Positions 1-11,624 of a stretch of DNA of 64,000 nt are shown here, in pieces (positions within the stretch are counted from its first letter, which is position 1; each line of letters begins with the position of its first letter). A program made the translations under genes and the position numbers. The DNA comes from Macrostomum lignano (lineage: Eukaryota). The stretch spans positions 62,001 through 126,000 of the forward strand of contig NIVC01001270.1 in the NCBI GenBank assembly GCA_002269645.1. The letters are read 5' to 3'. The notes beneath the pieces are model-generated. The model was not told the origin of the DNA. It ran no database searches and saw nothing but the letters and a program-made list of their open reading frames with translations.

Positions 1-179
1 CCCCAGAGTCGCAGACAGTAAAACGCCTTCAAATGAACACTGTGTAGGCAACTCTTTTTGACAACTTGTTCCGTGACATCTCGTCATTTTAGAGTCGTCT
101 AGAGTGACTTTCTTTCCTATTTTACCTGTGTTACCAGTAAAGGCGCTGGGGCGACGCAAGCGACTCTGGGACGCTCCTG
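1..179. mobile_element. Partial MITE (hAT-like end), left end outside the window
   Basis: CCCAGAGTCGC (2-12) is the inverted complement of GCGACTCTGGG (160-170). The right end reads ...GGGACGCTCCTG, i.e. a CAG-start TIR on the minus strand. TSD cannot be checked. Confidence 0.45.
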
Positions 180-271
180 GTCTAGGTACAGTTTTCATTG
201 GGAAATATTAGAAATGACAATAAAAGTTTACAATCATTTAAAAGGAAAGTTGTCATTAGATTTCTGAACAC

Positions 272-400
272 TCTCTGGTGTGAGTGTGTGCCTTTGCGTA
301 TGACTACGTACATATCTTTGCGCTTGTGTTCCTGCTTAGGGGATTCGGCGGAATGGGCAGTAATACCTCTAATAACAAACAATACCAATGTCACAATGTC
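272..400 (+). mobile_element. SINE family B, 3' body fragment
   Basis: CTGCTTAGGGGATTCGGCGGAATGGGCAGTAATACCTCTA matches CTGCTCAGGGGAGTCGGCGGAATGGGCAGTAATGCCTCTA in the full copy near 32090-32130. Confidence 0.7.
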
Positions 401-428
401 ACAAACTCTTAACCTACCGAAATCCCAG

Positions 429-2268
429 GTGAGCGCCATAGTCCGTCACTGCAATAAGCGTCGTTTAGCCGTAGTACCGCAGGGCGGCAACACCGGCCTG
501 GTTGGCGGCTCGGTGCCTCTATTCGACGAGATCGTGATCTCAACTAGCCGCATGAACAGCCTGCTTAGCATCGACCCAGTGTCCGGCGTGCTTGTTGCCG
601 AGGCCGGCTGCGTACTCGAACAGTTGGACAGGGAGGCGGCTAGCCAAGGCCTGATGATGCCGCTGGACCTTGGCGCCAAGGGCAGCTGTCAGATTGGCGG
701 CAACTTGGCCACGAATGCTGGCGGCCTTCGCCTGTTGCGGTACGGCAGCCTGCGCGGCACCACCTTGGGTCTGGAGGCTGTGCTGCCTACCGGACAGGTG
801 CTGGACTGCCTGACTACTCTGCGGAAAGACAACACCGGATACGATATTAAACAGCTGCTCATTGGTAGCGAGGGAACGCTTGGTATCATTACTAAAGCGG
901 CTATACTGTGCCCGGCCAGGCCCAAGTCTGTGCAGCTGGCCTTTCTCGGCCTGGATTCCTTTCAGGTTTGTTCCAGTTTAAAAATTAGCATTTGGAGTCC
1001 TTGAATTTGATCTTGAGACTTGATCTGTATAGTAGGATTGGGATCTGTATAGTAGGATTGGGATCTGTATAGTAGGATTGGAATCTGTATAGTAGGATTG
1101 GGATCTGTATAGTAGGATTGGAATCTGTATAGTAGGATTGGGATCTGTATAGTAGGACTGGGATCTGTAAAGTAGGATTGGGATCTGTATAGTAGGATTG
1201 GGATCTGTATAGTAGGACTGGGATCTGTAAAGTAGGATTGGGATCTGTATAGTAGGATTGGGATCTGTATAGTAGGATTGGGATCTGTATAGTAGGATTG
1301 GAATCTGTATAGTAGGATTGGGATCTGTATAGTAGGATTGGAATCTGTATAGTAGGATTGGGATCTGTATAGTAGGACTGAGATCTGTATAGTAGGATTG
1401 GGATCTGTATAGTAGGATTGGGATCTTTACAATAGGATTAGGATCTTTTGTAGGTAGAATTGAATTTTTAGTGCTGAGAGTGTAGAGGGCCTTGTGTACT
1501 AACCGCGGCCAGCTCTGCTTAACTCTATAATAGGCTTAGGCTTCAACTAACATAGACCAGGCCATCCCGCAGGCCGTGCTGGACACTTACCGGCTGGCCA
1601 GACGCAGCCTGGGCGAGATCCTGTCCGCATTCGAGTTCATCGATTCGGAGTCCATGCGAGCTGTCAAACAGAACCTCGGCCTCTCCTGCCCCCTGGGCGA
1701 GCACAGTTTCTACGTGCTAGCCGAGACATCCGGCTCTAACGAGACGCACGATCGAGAGAAGCTGGACGGCTTCATCGAGTCAGTGATGTCGATGGATGGT
1801 TGCGCAACCGACGGCACAGTAGCCCAGGATGCTGGGCAATTTGCTCACCTGTGGTCTCTGCGCGAGCGCATTGTCGAATCCCTGCTAGTGGACGGCTACG
1901 AGTACAAATACGACGTGAGCCTGCCGCTGGCCGACATCTACCGCCTAGTTGAGCACATGCGGACCCGCCTGGACGGCCGGGTTATTCGGACAGCCGGCTA
2001 CGGTCACCTTGGCGACGGCAATCTGCATCTGAATTTTACTACGCCAAAATTCGATGCCAAAGTGTTGGAGCTGATCGAGCCGCACGTGTTCGATTGGGTC
2101 AGGGACCGGCGTGGCTCGGTTAGCGCTGAGCACGGGCTGGGGCTCAAGAAGAGTCAGTACATTCGGCATAGTAAGGCCGATTTTGCTGTTCGAGTCATGG
2201 CCGAAGTGAAACGGCTGCTGGATCCTAACGGGATTATGAATCCCTACAAGGTGCTGCCCGATGAATGA
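429..2268 (+). CDS. D2HGDH: D-2-hydroxyglutarate dehydrogenase, last two coding exons (429-965, 1573-2268); 5' exons lie upstream of the window
   Basis: FAD-binding motifs [46 protein letters not shown]; C-terminal [29 protein letters not shown]. Phase-0 GT-AG intron 966-1572 joins FQ|AVLDTY in frame; acceptor AG at 427-428. Confidence 0.95.
1021..1445. repeat. 20-bp minisatellite in the D2HGDH intron
   Basis: About 21 tandem copies of GGATCTGTATAGTAGGATTG. Confidence 0.95.
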
Positions 2269-2397
2269 CTTTCTGATGTTGCCACCCCGTTATCCTGACA
2301 GTTCCAAACAGAATTAACTGTACATGTAAATATAGTTCATTATCTTCCCAGAAATAGTCCATCATTTTTTAGAAACTTCGTCCGTGTTGCTTCCAAA

Positions 2398-2745
2398 AGT
2401 CTTCGATAATCCTCCCCAAAAACCTTCGATAATCCTCCCCAAAAGTCTTCGATAATCCTCCCCAAAAGTCTTCGATAATCCTCCCCAAAAGTCTACGATA
2501 ATCCTCCCCAAAACCTTCGATAATCCTCCCCAAAACCTTCGATAATCCTCCTCAAAAGTCTTCGATAATCTTCCCCAAAAACCTTCGATAATCCTCTCCA
2601 AAAGTCTACGATAATCCTCCCCAAAACCTTCGATAATCCTCCCCAAAAGTCTTCGATAATCTTCCCCAAAAACCTTCGATAATCCTCTCCAAAAGTCTAC
2701 GATAATCCTCCCCAAAACCTTCGATAATCCTCCCCAAAAACCTTA
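2398..2745. repeat. 20-21-bp minisatellite
   Basis: Tandem CTTCGATAATCCTCCCCAAAA(A/G)(C/T) just downstream of the D2HGDH stop. Confidence 0.95.
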
Positions 2746-3345
2746 AAGTCCATATGGATAATTTGGCCTTTGATGTAACTTTTTATCGATCATTTCAAAC
2801 AGTTTACCTGCGTTCATGAAAGAGTCTTCTATACTCGTAAATCTTGATGTAGACAATTTGCGCATGCTTTTTAATAATTCTACTTCCGTAGATAACCTTG
2901 ATCTGTGTATTGTCATTCGACTCGGTGCGTTTCATTTATAAATTCGGCCTCCAAAAGGTTAACTGTTAATTTGAATTAGGCAACTGAGGCGAGCTGTGGC
3001 CTGTGGGTAAAAATTTCTAGTTTTAATAAGTTACATGTGCTGATTATTATGAGAATGTGAGGCCAATCCGACCAGTCACTTATTTGATCTTTACTTTGTC
3101 TTTCCGATTCACTACTTTTAAATTGTACGCTGATAATAAAAACATTGCAGCCATGTAATTCTATTACTCTATATAGAGCTTTACTTATTTACAGTTTGAG
3201 TTTTAATTCATTTTTTATTATGAAGCACTAGAAAAATAAATTATCAGAGGAAATATTCGCAATGTCCAAAGCCGAATTGTTATTTCCGTAATAATTCATG
3301 CAAAGCAAATTTTCGGTTTTCAATAAATCATCCAGCAAAATCACA

Positions 3346-4669
3346 ATGGCCACAGCAGCAGCAGCCGCTTCTAATTTGAGAGATCGGGACGATTCGTTCG
3401 AGCCGGACCTGATGCAGCCGGACCCCTGGGCTGACGGCCAGCAGCAGTTCAGCCTGCTCGACGCGCCCTGCCCGCAGCAGCTCATTGACGCCAATCGCAA
3501 CGGCAATGCCGACACGGACGATGAAGACGACGACGCCGCGGACGGCGGCATGCCAGCTGGCGGCCGGGACGTCCACGACTGGACTATGGAAGCCCCGTCG
3601 CCGGCCTCCCCGCAGGAGATGCTGGACGCTTCGTTAAAAATGCTGTTCCGTTCGCCGGAGAAAATTGTCGACCTAAGGCGTATTATTGCCCACCTTGCCG
3701 AGGCGGACGCCCTGCTGCACCAGGGGGAGACGGTTAGCGCGAATGTCTCTTTGATCTCTGATGTACAATGCTACTTTAAACCCCGTCCCCAATGTACATT
3801 TCCTCCAATCCCTGACCCCGTCCCCCAATGTACGTTACCCCTCCCAAACCCTAACCCCGTCCCCAATGTACATTTCCTGTCCAATCCCTAACCCCGTAAC
3901 CCAATGTACATTTCCTCTCCAATCTCTAACCCCGTCCCCCAATGTACATTTCCTCTCCAATGCATAACCCCGTCTTCAATGTACATTTCCTCTCCAATGC
4001 CTAACCCCGTCTTCAATGTACAGTGCCCTTCCAACCCGTAACCCCGTCCTCAATATGCATCACCCCATTTAACAATAATTACCTCCCCTGTACATTGATT
4101 GCCCCTCCAATTCCTGACCCCGTTTGTTCGTTTTTTCCCTTTTCAGGCTGGCGGAACTGAAGCCGCACCGGAAAAGTGGCAGCCACTAAAGCTGCAGCAT
4201 CCGCAGGCCAGACAGAAGCAGCAGCAGCAGCAGCAGCAGGTGTATCAAAACATGCCTTACACGCCTCCGCAGCAGAATCGTGAACTGGAACGCCTGAGAA
4301 AAGAAAATGAAGAGGTATTTTATTTGCTTTATGGCATTACTTATTAGAGTATTACTCACTCTATGACGCCCATGAGGGTCAACCCTGAAGGCACAGAGGT
4401 GTACATGCCGGACGATTAGCAAGTCAAAGGGCCGCTGTACACCCTGTGTGAGCGTGTGCATGAGTGCGCGCCTGCGTACCTGTGCTCACAATTATGACTA
4501 TTATTGCCATCCGTGCCGCTCAACTCCAGCTCAAATCCGTGAACAAGCAGTGGCACGAGTTCTGGTCCAGCCAGAAGGCTCGCCACGAGAAGATGAACGA
4601 AGATCGCGATCGCCAGCTCGCCGAGCTGCGAAATCAGCTTGCCCAGGCTAGGAGCGCGCCGCGGGCCGC

Positions 4670-4701
<32 letters not shown>

Positions 4702-5602
4702 CGCAGCCCAATGACCCAACTGATTCACTCATTTCCGACACAACAGAGGCCATGCGCCGACTCGAACGAGAGCGGACGCGCCTGGCTGACGAACTGGCCA
4801 GAGCTAATCGCGAATTGGAAGGCCTGCGACAGGAGAACGAAGTGCTGCAGGCTCAGGCTGCTCTGTATCAAGAGGATTTTGCCAGGGAAAGAGCCGATAG
4901 GGAGTCAGCTCAGGTGAGTACTTTACCGGTGCTGGGGGCCTGGGGCTTGTCTGAGGAGCTCATGTCCCTGTCTCTGACTTCTGTTCCTGTACATTCCTGT
5001 CTGTCACAATGTTCCTCTCTGTGACACGGTTCCTCTGTCACACTCTCCTATCTGTCACACTGGCCATCCCCATGGGCACAGAGAGAGAGGGTGCACATGC
5101 CGGATGATAAGAAAATCAGGGCCGCCATATGCCCTGTGCTGTTTACTACGAGGTCACTGTTGCCATCTATATTTGTAAAAATGTCCAAATTGCGGTACAG
5201 GCTCGCCTGGCCGAACTTCGAGACCAGCTTGGCGAAGCTCCGGCCGCCGCCGCCGGTGCCGTTGCCGCTGCCCCTGCGCCAGTCAGTCCGCCGGGCCCCG
5301 CCGATCGTCGGGCCTTCATGCAGCAGCGCCAGATGCAGCAGCAGCAACAGCTGCTAGCAACGACTGTTGGCGCCGACAACCGTCGCAACAACAGTAACAA
5401 CAACGACAGCGCCAGTGCAATCTGCGACCAGCTGCCGGAGTCTCACAACCCTGTCAGACCCGGAGCCGCCGCCGCTGCCACCGGCCCGGCTGGCCCGTGG
5501 AAATGCGAGGCCTGCACCCTGGAGAATCCGGCCACCGCGCATCACTGCAGCGTGTGCGACAGGGCGAAGCCGTATCCGGCTCAGAACCCCTACTTGCTCT
5601 AA
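3346..5602 (+). CDS. ABIN/TNIP-family UBAN ubiquitin-binding protein with C-terminal NZF (RanBP2-type) zinc finger; exons 3346-3732, 4147-4314, 4530-4913, 5201-5602 (446 aa)
   Basis: All three introns are GT-AG, phase 0 and in frame. EE|LKSVNKQW resembles the ABIN motif ELLEVNKQW. LQAQAALYQEDFARERADRE is a UBAN DFxxER motif. WKCEACTLENPATAHHCSVC fits W-x-C-x2-C-T-x2-N-x6-C-x2-C. Confidence 0.85.
3770..4060. repeat. ~39-bp degenerate minisatellite in intron 1 of the ABIN-like gene
   Basis: Tandem CCCTAACCCCGTCCCCAATGTACATTTCCTCTCCAAT variants. Confidence 0.85.
4345..4480 (+). mobile_element. SINE family B core fragment (intron 2)
   Basis: GTGTACATGCCGGACGATTAGCAAGTCAAAGGGCCGCTGTACACCCTGTGTGAG matches the copies at 32020, 48130, 53650 and 57000. 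Confidence 0.7.
5060..5150 (+). mobile_element. SINE family B diverged core fragment (intron 3)
   Basis: GGCACAGAGAGAGAGGGTGCACATGCCGGATGATAAGAAAATCAGGGCCGCC aligns to the family core. Confidence 0.55.
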
Positions 5603-5689
5603 GCCTGCCCGGGGTTTTATTCGCTGATTATTGATTGACTGGTTAGACTTGACTTTTCATTTTCTGCGGAGTCCAATTTCGGTCAGTTG

Positions 5690-6527
5690 TAGCTGTTCCC
5701 GAAATCGCCTGTGAGAATCGCCCCCCCTTCCCCTTATGTTGTCTCCTAAATCGCCTGTGTGAATCGCCCCCCTTCCCTTATGTTGTCTCCTAAATCGCCT
5801 GTGTGAATCGCCCCCCCCCCTTCCCCTTATGTTGTCTCCAAAATCGCCTGTGAGAATCGCCCCCCCCCTTCCCCTTATGTTGTCTCCAAAATCGCCTGTG
5901 AGAATCGCCCCCCCCTTCCCCTTATGTTGTCTCCAAAATCGCCTGAGAATCGCCCCCCCCCTTCCCCTTATGTTGTCTCCAAAATCGCCTGTGAGAATCG
6001 CCTCCCCCCTTCCCCTTATGTTGTCTCCAAAATCGCCCGAGAATCGCCCCCCCCCTTCCCCTTATGTTGTCTCCAAAATCGCCTGTGAGAATCGCCCCCC
6101 CTTCCCCTTATGTTGTCTCCAAAATCGCCTGAGAGTCGCCCCCCCTTCCCCTTATGTTGTCTCCAAAATCGCCTGTGAGAATCGCCTCCCCCCTTCCCCT
6201 TATGTTGTCTCCAAAATCGCCTGAGAATCGCCCCCTTCCCCTTATGTTGTCTCCAAAATCGCCTGTGAGAATCGCCTGTTCCCCTTGGGCTGTTCCCGAA
6301 ATCGCCTGTGAGAATCGCCTGTTCCCCTTGGGCTGTTACCGAAATCGCCTGTGAGAATCGTCCCCCTTCCCCTTATGTTGTCTCCAAAATCGCCTGTGAG
6401 AATCGCCTGTTCCCCTTGGGCTGTTCCCGAAATCGCCCCCCTTCCCCTTATGTTGTCTCCAAAATCGCCTGTGAGAATCGCCTGTTCCCCTTGGGCTGTT
6501 CCCAAAATCGCCTGTGAGAATCGCCCG
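5690..6527. repeat. ~46-48-bp minisatellite with alternating sub-units
   Basis: Tandem AAAATCGCCTGTGAGAATCGCCCCCCCTTCCCCTTATGTTGTCTCC, plus a GTTCCCCTTGGGCTGTTCCCG variant toward the 3' end. Confidence 0.95.
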
Positions 6528-7179
6528 TCAAAGTATCAAAAGAATCCTTAGGCCAAGTCAATAAACAACCCATCACATTGAGCCGACTAAAGTTAGATTC
6601 TGCACTAAAATGCCATATTTTGCGTTATGGTGGCAAAAATTTCCATTTTGATTCGAGCTGATTATATTCGGCTGTCGTTTATTTTATTAATCCAGATTTT
6701 CTGTCCAGTTGCGGATCTAACCTTTTTTGTCTGATGATATTTTTTAACAATTATCGTTACTAACATTTGTATTAATATGCCTATGCCTATATCATACTAC
6801 TAGTAGCAGTTTCGATTTGCTATTGCTGTTTACAATTGCTCCTGATCTAAGTTGAAGAGTTTCCGGTTTCTCCCTTCGTTTATCGCTTAATATTTATCCA
6901 GCTAGAGTAAGAAAAATTAATTTCTGTACTTCAAATCACTATTCAGAATGTATCCATACTCAGTATCTATCCAAGGTGTGTTTTTTTTGTTTTCTGTAGT
7001 AAAATCTTTTGTTTCGTTTTAATTTGTTTTTTTTCTATTGAGCGCTTAGCGTTTTTACAAATATTTTGTGTACAGTTGCTTTAATAATAACAACTGTTTT
7101 TGTCAGCCGAATGCAGTGAAAACGTATTACAAGTTGCCCATTTCAGTAATAAACGATTATTCTGACTGAAATCTACTAT

Positions 7180-7765
7180 AGTATGCCTGTCTGTGTGATC
7201 CACACGGTCTATGGTGTGCCTGTCTGTGTGATCCACACAGTCTATGGTATGCCTGTCTGTGTGATCCACACGGTCTATGGTGTGCCTGTCTGTGTGATCC
7301 ACACAGTCTATGGTATGCCTGTCTGTGTGATCCACACAGTCTATGGTATGTCTGTCTGTGTGATCCACACAGTCTATGGTGTGCCTGTCTGTGTGATCCA
7401 CACAGTCTATGGTGTGCCTGTCTGTGTGATCCACACAGTCTATGGTGTGCCTGTCTGTGTGATCCACACAGTCTATGGTGTGCCTGTCTGTGTGATCCAC
7501 ACAGTCTATGGTGTGCCTGTCTGTGTGATCCACACAGTCTATGGTGTGCCTGTCTGTGTGATCCACACAGTCTATGGTGTGCCTGTCTGTGTGATCCACA
7601 CAGTCTATGGTGTGCCTGTCTGTGTGATCCACACAGTCTATGGTGTGCCTGTCTGTGTGATCCACACAGTCTATGGTATGTCTGTCTGTGTGATCCACAC
7701 AGTCTATGGTGTGCCTGTCTGTGTGATCCACACAGTCTATGGTATGCCTGTCTGTGTGATCCTGT
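7180..7765. repeat. 33-bp minisatellite
   Basis: About 17 near-identical copies of GTCTATGGTGTGCCTGTCTGTGTGATCCACACA. Confidence 0.97.
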
Positions 7766-8487
7766 CATAAGCTAGCTGCTGCAACTACTTCGGCTGTCAA
7801 AACCTGTGCAGATACGAGTACTAATCGCTTAAGTTTGTGTTATATTTTTGAGGCTGTTAGTTTCCTTTAAAGGTCGCCTATGTACGGTTTTAAACACTTT
7901 AACAAACGAACGGTGTCCTGATTTTGGTTTCGGATGCGACACTTTAATTTTACTAATCGTTCTTAACTAATCGTCATAAAAGCTTATAGTGGAACATCTT
8001 AATTAGTCATCTTTTTGTTATATTTTGTGTCTCTGAATATTCGACACAGGCAGATTAATGCCATATATAAGCTTTCTTTACTCCTGTTTTATTTTCCTAC
8101 TTTAAGTAGACAAGTGGTGGGCTTTTTTTCTTTTCGGTTCTGTTTTTTTTTAACAAAAAAAGTTCACAAATATACTGTAAAACAATTGGAATAAAAATTA
8201 TCAGAAAGTTATCTATTTTTTCTCATCCATTGTTTGTTGTTCTTGCTTGGCTTTGTTTTTTATCCTTAAGAAAAAAGCACAACAAGGTTGGAAATTCTGA
8301 CAAACTATTTAGAAAACAAATCTGCACTACTAATAGTAGTAAAAGTTTTATTCAAGCTAATTTATGTACAGCACATCCTAATCAGTTTTTTAGGTTTGAA
8401 AAGTAAACTTTCGATACATATCGACGAATTAAACCCCGAGATAAAAGACTTCAAACCGATTCCTGTTATCTCCGATTCCAGACTGGG

Positions 8488-11160
8488 ATGTCGCGGCGTC
8501 GCGGCCGCCTCTACTACGAAGACCGACACAGAGACTCCTATCAGGGCGATGACAAAGATGATGATGAGGAGGACGATGATGATAGTGATGAATTTCTCGG
8601 CACGCCGTTGGAGTTGCTCGACGACTCTGACGACGATCCGGCGACGGCCGCGGCTAAGCAGGCAAAGCGCCGGCGCCAGCAGCCGCAGAGCGGACTGCCG
8701 ATCCATCAGCAGCGGGCGCTGGACGAGCGCGGCCGGCCTGTCCGATTCCACGGTGCCTTCACTGGCGGCTTCTCCGCCGGGCACTTCAACAGTGTCGGCA
8801 CCGTAGAGGGCTTTAAGCCTGGCGAGTTCCGCTCGTCTCGTCGGGATCGTCAGGGCGACCAGCGAGGGCAGCGAGAGCGTCGGCCGGAGGATTTCATGGA
8901 CGCCGAAGATCTCGGTGACTTTGGCATTGCACCGCGGGAAGTTCGCGCCCGTCCAGAGTACGACGGCATCGAGATGCGCCGGCTGGCGGCTGCTGCCACC
9001 GTTGGAGGACGCGGCGGCGCTGGCTCCGACCCGCTGGCGGAGCTGCTGCTGCCGAGTGAGACCGGCCTGGGTGACCGGCTGCTTCGGCACCTCGGCTGGC
9101 GTCGGCGGCAACAACCGCGGCCGACGACTGGCAACGACAATCCCGACAGCGATGACGGCGACGGCGCTGGAGACGCCGGCGACGCCGGCGACGCAGCAGC
9201 GGTGGACCTGCTGTCAAAACTGCGTCTGAAGCCCGGCCGGGACACCCGCGGCCTCGGCTACTCCGGGCTTGACGCCGGCCGCGCCCTATCGTCAACGACA
9301 GCCTCATCGACGTCAGTCGGCGGCATGCGCGGTCAGGCGTTCGGCGTCGGCGCGCTAGAATCTGAAGATGCCGATGTGTTCGGCGGCGACTCCATGGCCA
9401 ACTACGACTTCTCCATCGGCACCGAGGCCGAGGAGGCCGCGCTGGCCAGCCGCCGACGGACCTTCGGCTGGACGGCTCCGGACGCAAAGCGAGCATCATT
9501 AAACGACGTCGATGATGATGATGATGACAACTACGACGAAGACCGGCCCTTGAAAGGCTTTGTCCAGCGACGCGGCGGCACGGTTCGCCGGAAGGCCTAC
9601 CCGCCACCGGAGCTGCCGGCTGGCTTCGTGCCAATGCATCGGCCCGCGCCGGCCCCTGACGCTCTGGACATTGCGCTGCGCCAGATGCGCGCCGAAGCGG
9701 AGGAAGCTGCCGAAGCTGAGGCCGACTTGCCAAAGCCGCCAACGCCTCCGACGCCGTCAAAAACAATTATCCCGCCGCGAAACAGCCGCTGGGACGTCGG
9801 TGCTCCGCTGGATAAAAGCAATTCGACTTCAGTAGCTTCTTCTGCTGCCGCCGTTGTCGCCCCCGCAGCCCCCGCCGCCACGTCCGCGCCGCTGACTACG
9901 GCCCGCTGGCATCAGCAGTTTGGCGACGATCCGGCCAAGCAGGCGCGCTACCACAGCTATCTGCGCTGGCGAACAGCCGCTGGCGCCGAGCACGCCGAGG
10001 CCTACGCCAAAGCGGCCGACGGCGCCGAGGGCCTGACCGACTGGGAGCGCAACCTCGAACGGGATCAGTTCGCGCGAGCCGCCGACACCACCGCCGCTGC
10101 CGATAGATCTGCGCCGACCAGCCTGAGCAGCCGGTTCTTGCCTGCCGGCGCCTCCGATCAGCAATACGGTGCCGACGACAGCCTAGCGGGCAAAGCGGCC
10201 GACGAAGCTGCGGCCGACGCTGGCGGCGACAAGCCGCCGACCCGCCGACTGTCCGAGTGGCGGCCTCACGCCATGGTCTGCCGCCGGCTGAATGTGCCGA
10301 ATCCCTATCCGGAGGAAGCGCCGGCAAAGCGCGACTCGAGCGGCCGACCTTCGCAGATGTCGGCTGCTGTCGGCCAAGCTCCGATTGCGTCGGCGCAGTC
10401 GCTGTTCGCCTGCCTGTTCGAAGACAATGCGAATGCGCCTGCGGCGGCGCCACCCGCGCCCAACCCGATTGCTAACGTACAGCAGCCAGCCCCGGCCGCC
10501 GTCCCAGCCTCCGATGCGCCTGCATCTACGCAGTCGCAGACTTCCTTGGCTCTGTCCGTTGCCACGGCAACCGCGCCAGCTTCGGTTGTTGAAGCCAGCC
10601 GACCGTCTATGGACCTGTTTCGGTCCGTGTTCGGCTCAGATGACGAGGATGATAGTGACGGGCCAGATAGCGGGGACAAGGAAGGCGATGCTGATGCTGC
10701 TGATCGACACGATGGCGGCAGCGAAGAGCGGCCACAGTTGGCTAAGGCTCAGGCTAGCAAAGATACAGCGGCGGCACCAGCGGCGGCTACTGAGCAGTCA
10801 ACCAGCCGTATGCTGGCCGCTGGTAGCCTGTTTGCTCACCTGTTCGAGGATCAGCCTCCGTCAGAGCCGTTTAGGACGCCTGCTCCGCCTCCGCCGCCGC
10901 CGCCGCCGCCGCCGCCTCCGCTACAGCCCCCAAAGCCTCAGCAGCAGCAGCCACCGCCGCCTTCGAAGCCAGTCGCCGCCCAGTCTTCGTCAGCTTCCAC
11001 TGACGGCGATCGGGAGCTTCGCCGATTAGAGAAGAAGCTGCGCAAAGAGTTAAAGAAGGCTAAAAAGATTAAGAAGAAGCGAAAGCACAAGCAGTCGGGG
11101 TCCGAGTCCGATTCGGACAGTTACGAATTCGTGCCGGTATCCAAAAAGGCCGATAAATAG
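8488..11160 (+). CDS. GPATCH1: G-patch domain-containing protein 1, single coding exon, 890 aa
   Basis: N-terminal RFHGAFTGGFSAGHFNSVGTVEGFKP (DUF1604-type) and EDFMDAED; degenerate G-patch LGDRLLRHLGW; GQAFGVGALE; DDPAKQARY; TDWERNLERDQFARAA; TRRLSEWRPHAMVCRRLNVPNPYP; Lys-rich C-terminus. Confidence 0.93.
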   Translation: MSRRRGRLYYEDRHRDSYQGDDKDDDEEDDDDSDEFLGTPLELLDDSDDDPATAAAKQAKRRRQQPQSGLPIHQQRALDERGRPVRFHGAFTGGFSAGHFNSVGTVEGFKPGEFRSSRRDRQGDQRGQRERRPEDFMDAEDLGDFGIAPREVRARPEYDGIEMRRLAAAATVGGRGGAGSDPLAELLLPSETGLGDRLLRHLGWRRRQQPRPTTGNDNPDSDDGDGAGDAGDAGDAAAVDLLSKLRLKPGRDTRGLGYSGLDAGRALSSTTASSTSVGGMRGQAFGVGALESEDADVFGGDSMANYDFSIGTEAEEAALASRRRTFGWTAPDAKRASLNDVDDDDDDNYDEDRPLKGFVQRRGGTVRRKAYPPPELPAGFVPMHRPAPAPDALDIALRQMRAEAEEAAEAEADLPKPPTPPTPSKTIIPPRNSRWDVGAPLDKSNSTSVASSAAAVVAPAAPAATSAPLTTARWHQQFGDDPAKQARYHSYLRWRTAAGAEHAEAYAKAADGAEGLTDWERNLERDQFARAADTTAAADRSAPTSLSSRFLPAGASDQQYGADDSLAGKAADEAAADAGGDKPPTRRLSEWRPHAMVCRRLNVPNPYPEEAPAKRDSSGRPSQMSAAVGQAPIASAQSLFACLFEDNANAPAAAPPAPNPIANVQQPAPAAVPASDAPASTQSQTSLALSVATATAPASVVEASRPSMDLFRSVFGSDDEDDSDGPDSGDKEGDADAADRHDGGSEERPQLAKAQASKDTAAAPAAATEQSTSRMLAAGSLFAHLFEDQPPSEPFRTPAPPPPPPPPPPPPLQPPKPQQQQPPPPSKPVAAQSSSASTDGDRELRRLEKKLRKELKKAKKIKKKRKHKQSGSESDSDSYEFVPVSKKADK

Positions 11161-11624
11161 AGATTTGGATACTCATAATCTTGTATTTCCATGCATTTGA
11201 TTATCTTTACTTACTAGTGTTTGGTAAACAAATAAAAGTTAATGACTTCAAACTACTCCATCAATTGGAGCTTGTCTTTCCTTGACTAATGTAATCACAA
11301 TCAGCCAAAGTTGCTGAATGACTGACTTATTGCCGAAATTTAAGGATACAAGCAAATTCAAACACGCCAAGGGGGCTATAAATGTGTATTTTAATGTCTG
11401 CTATAAACATACGCAGATAAGATATTTTATTGTTCCGATGTGCTTGTTAGTTAAAAAATTTATTAGAGTATTAATACTTCTTGACAAAAAATTGATGATT
11501 AATAAGTTTTTCTGCTGTGTTGAATACTTTTCTACTACTAAGTCAATTGCCTTTAAACGAATTAGATAAATATCAGTTAATTAATTGCCGTTACCTTTGT
11601 AGTTCTTCATCGCTCCACAGATCT

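Noticed and set aside
3840-3900. CCCTAA telomere-like hexamers
   Set aside because: Single hexamers inside a longer minisatellite unit, not a (TTAGGG)n tract.
7180-7765. Regular 33-bp repeats (and the 30-41-bp arrays) as possible CRISPR arrays
   Set aside because: Units are head-to-tail with no unique spacers, there are no cas genes, and the context is eukaryotic.
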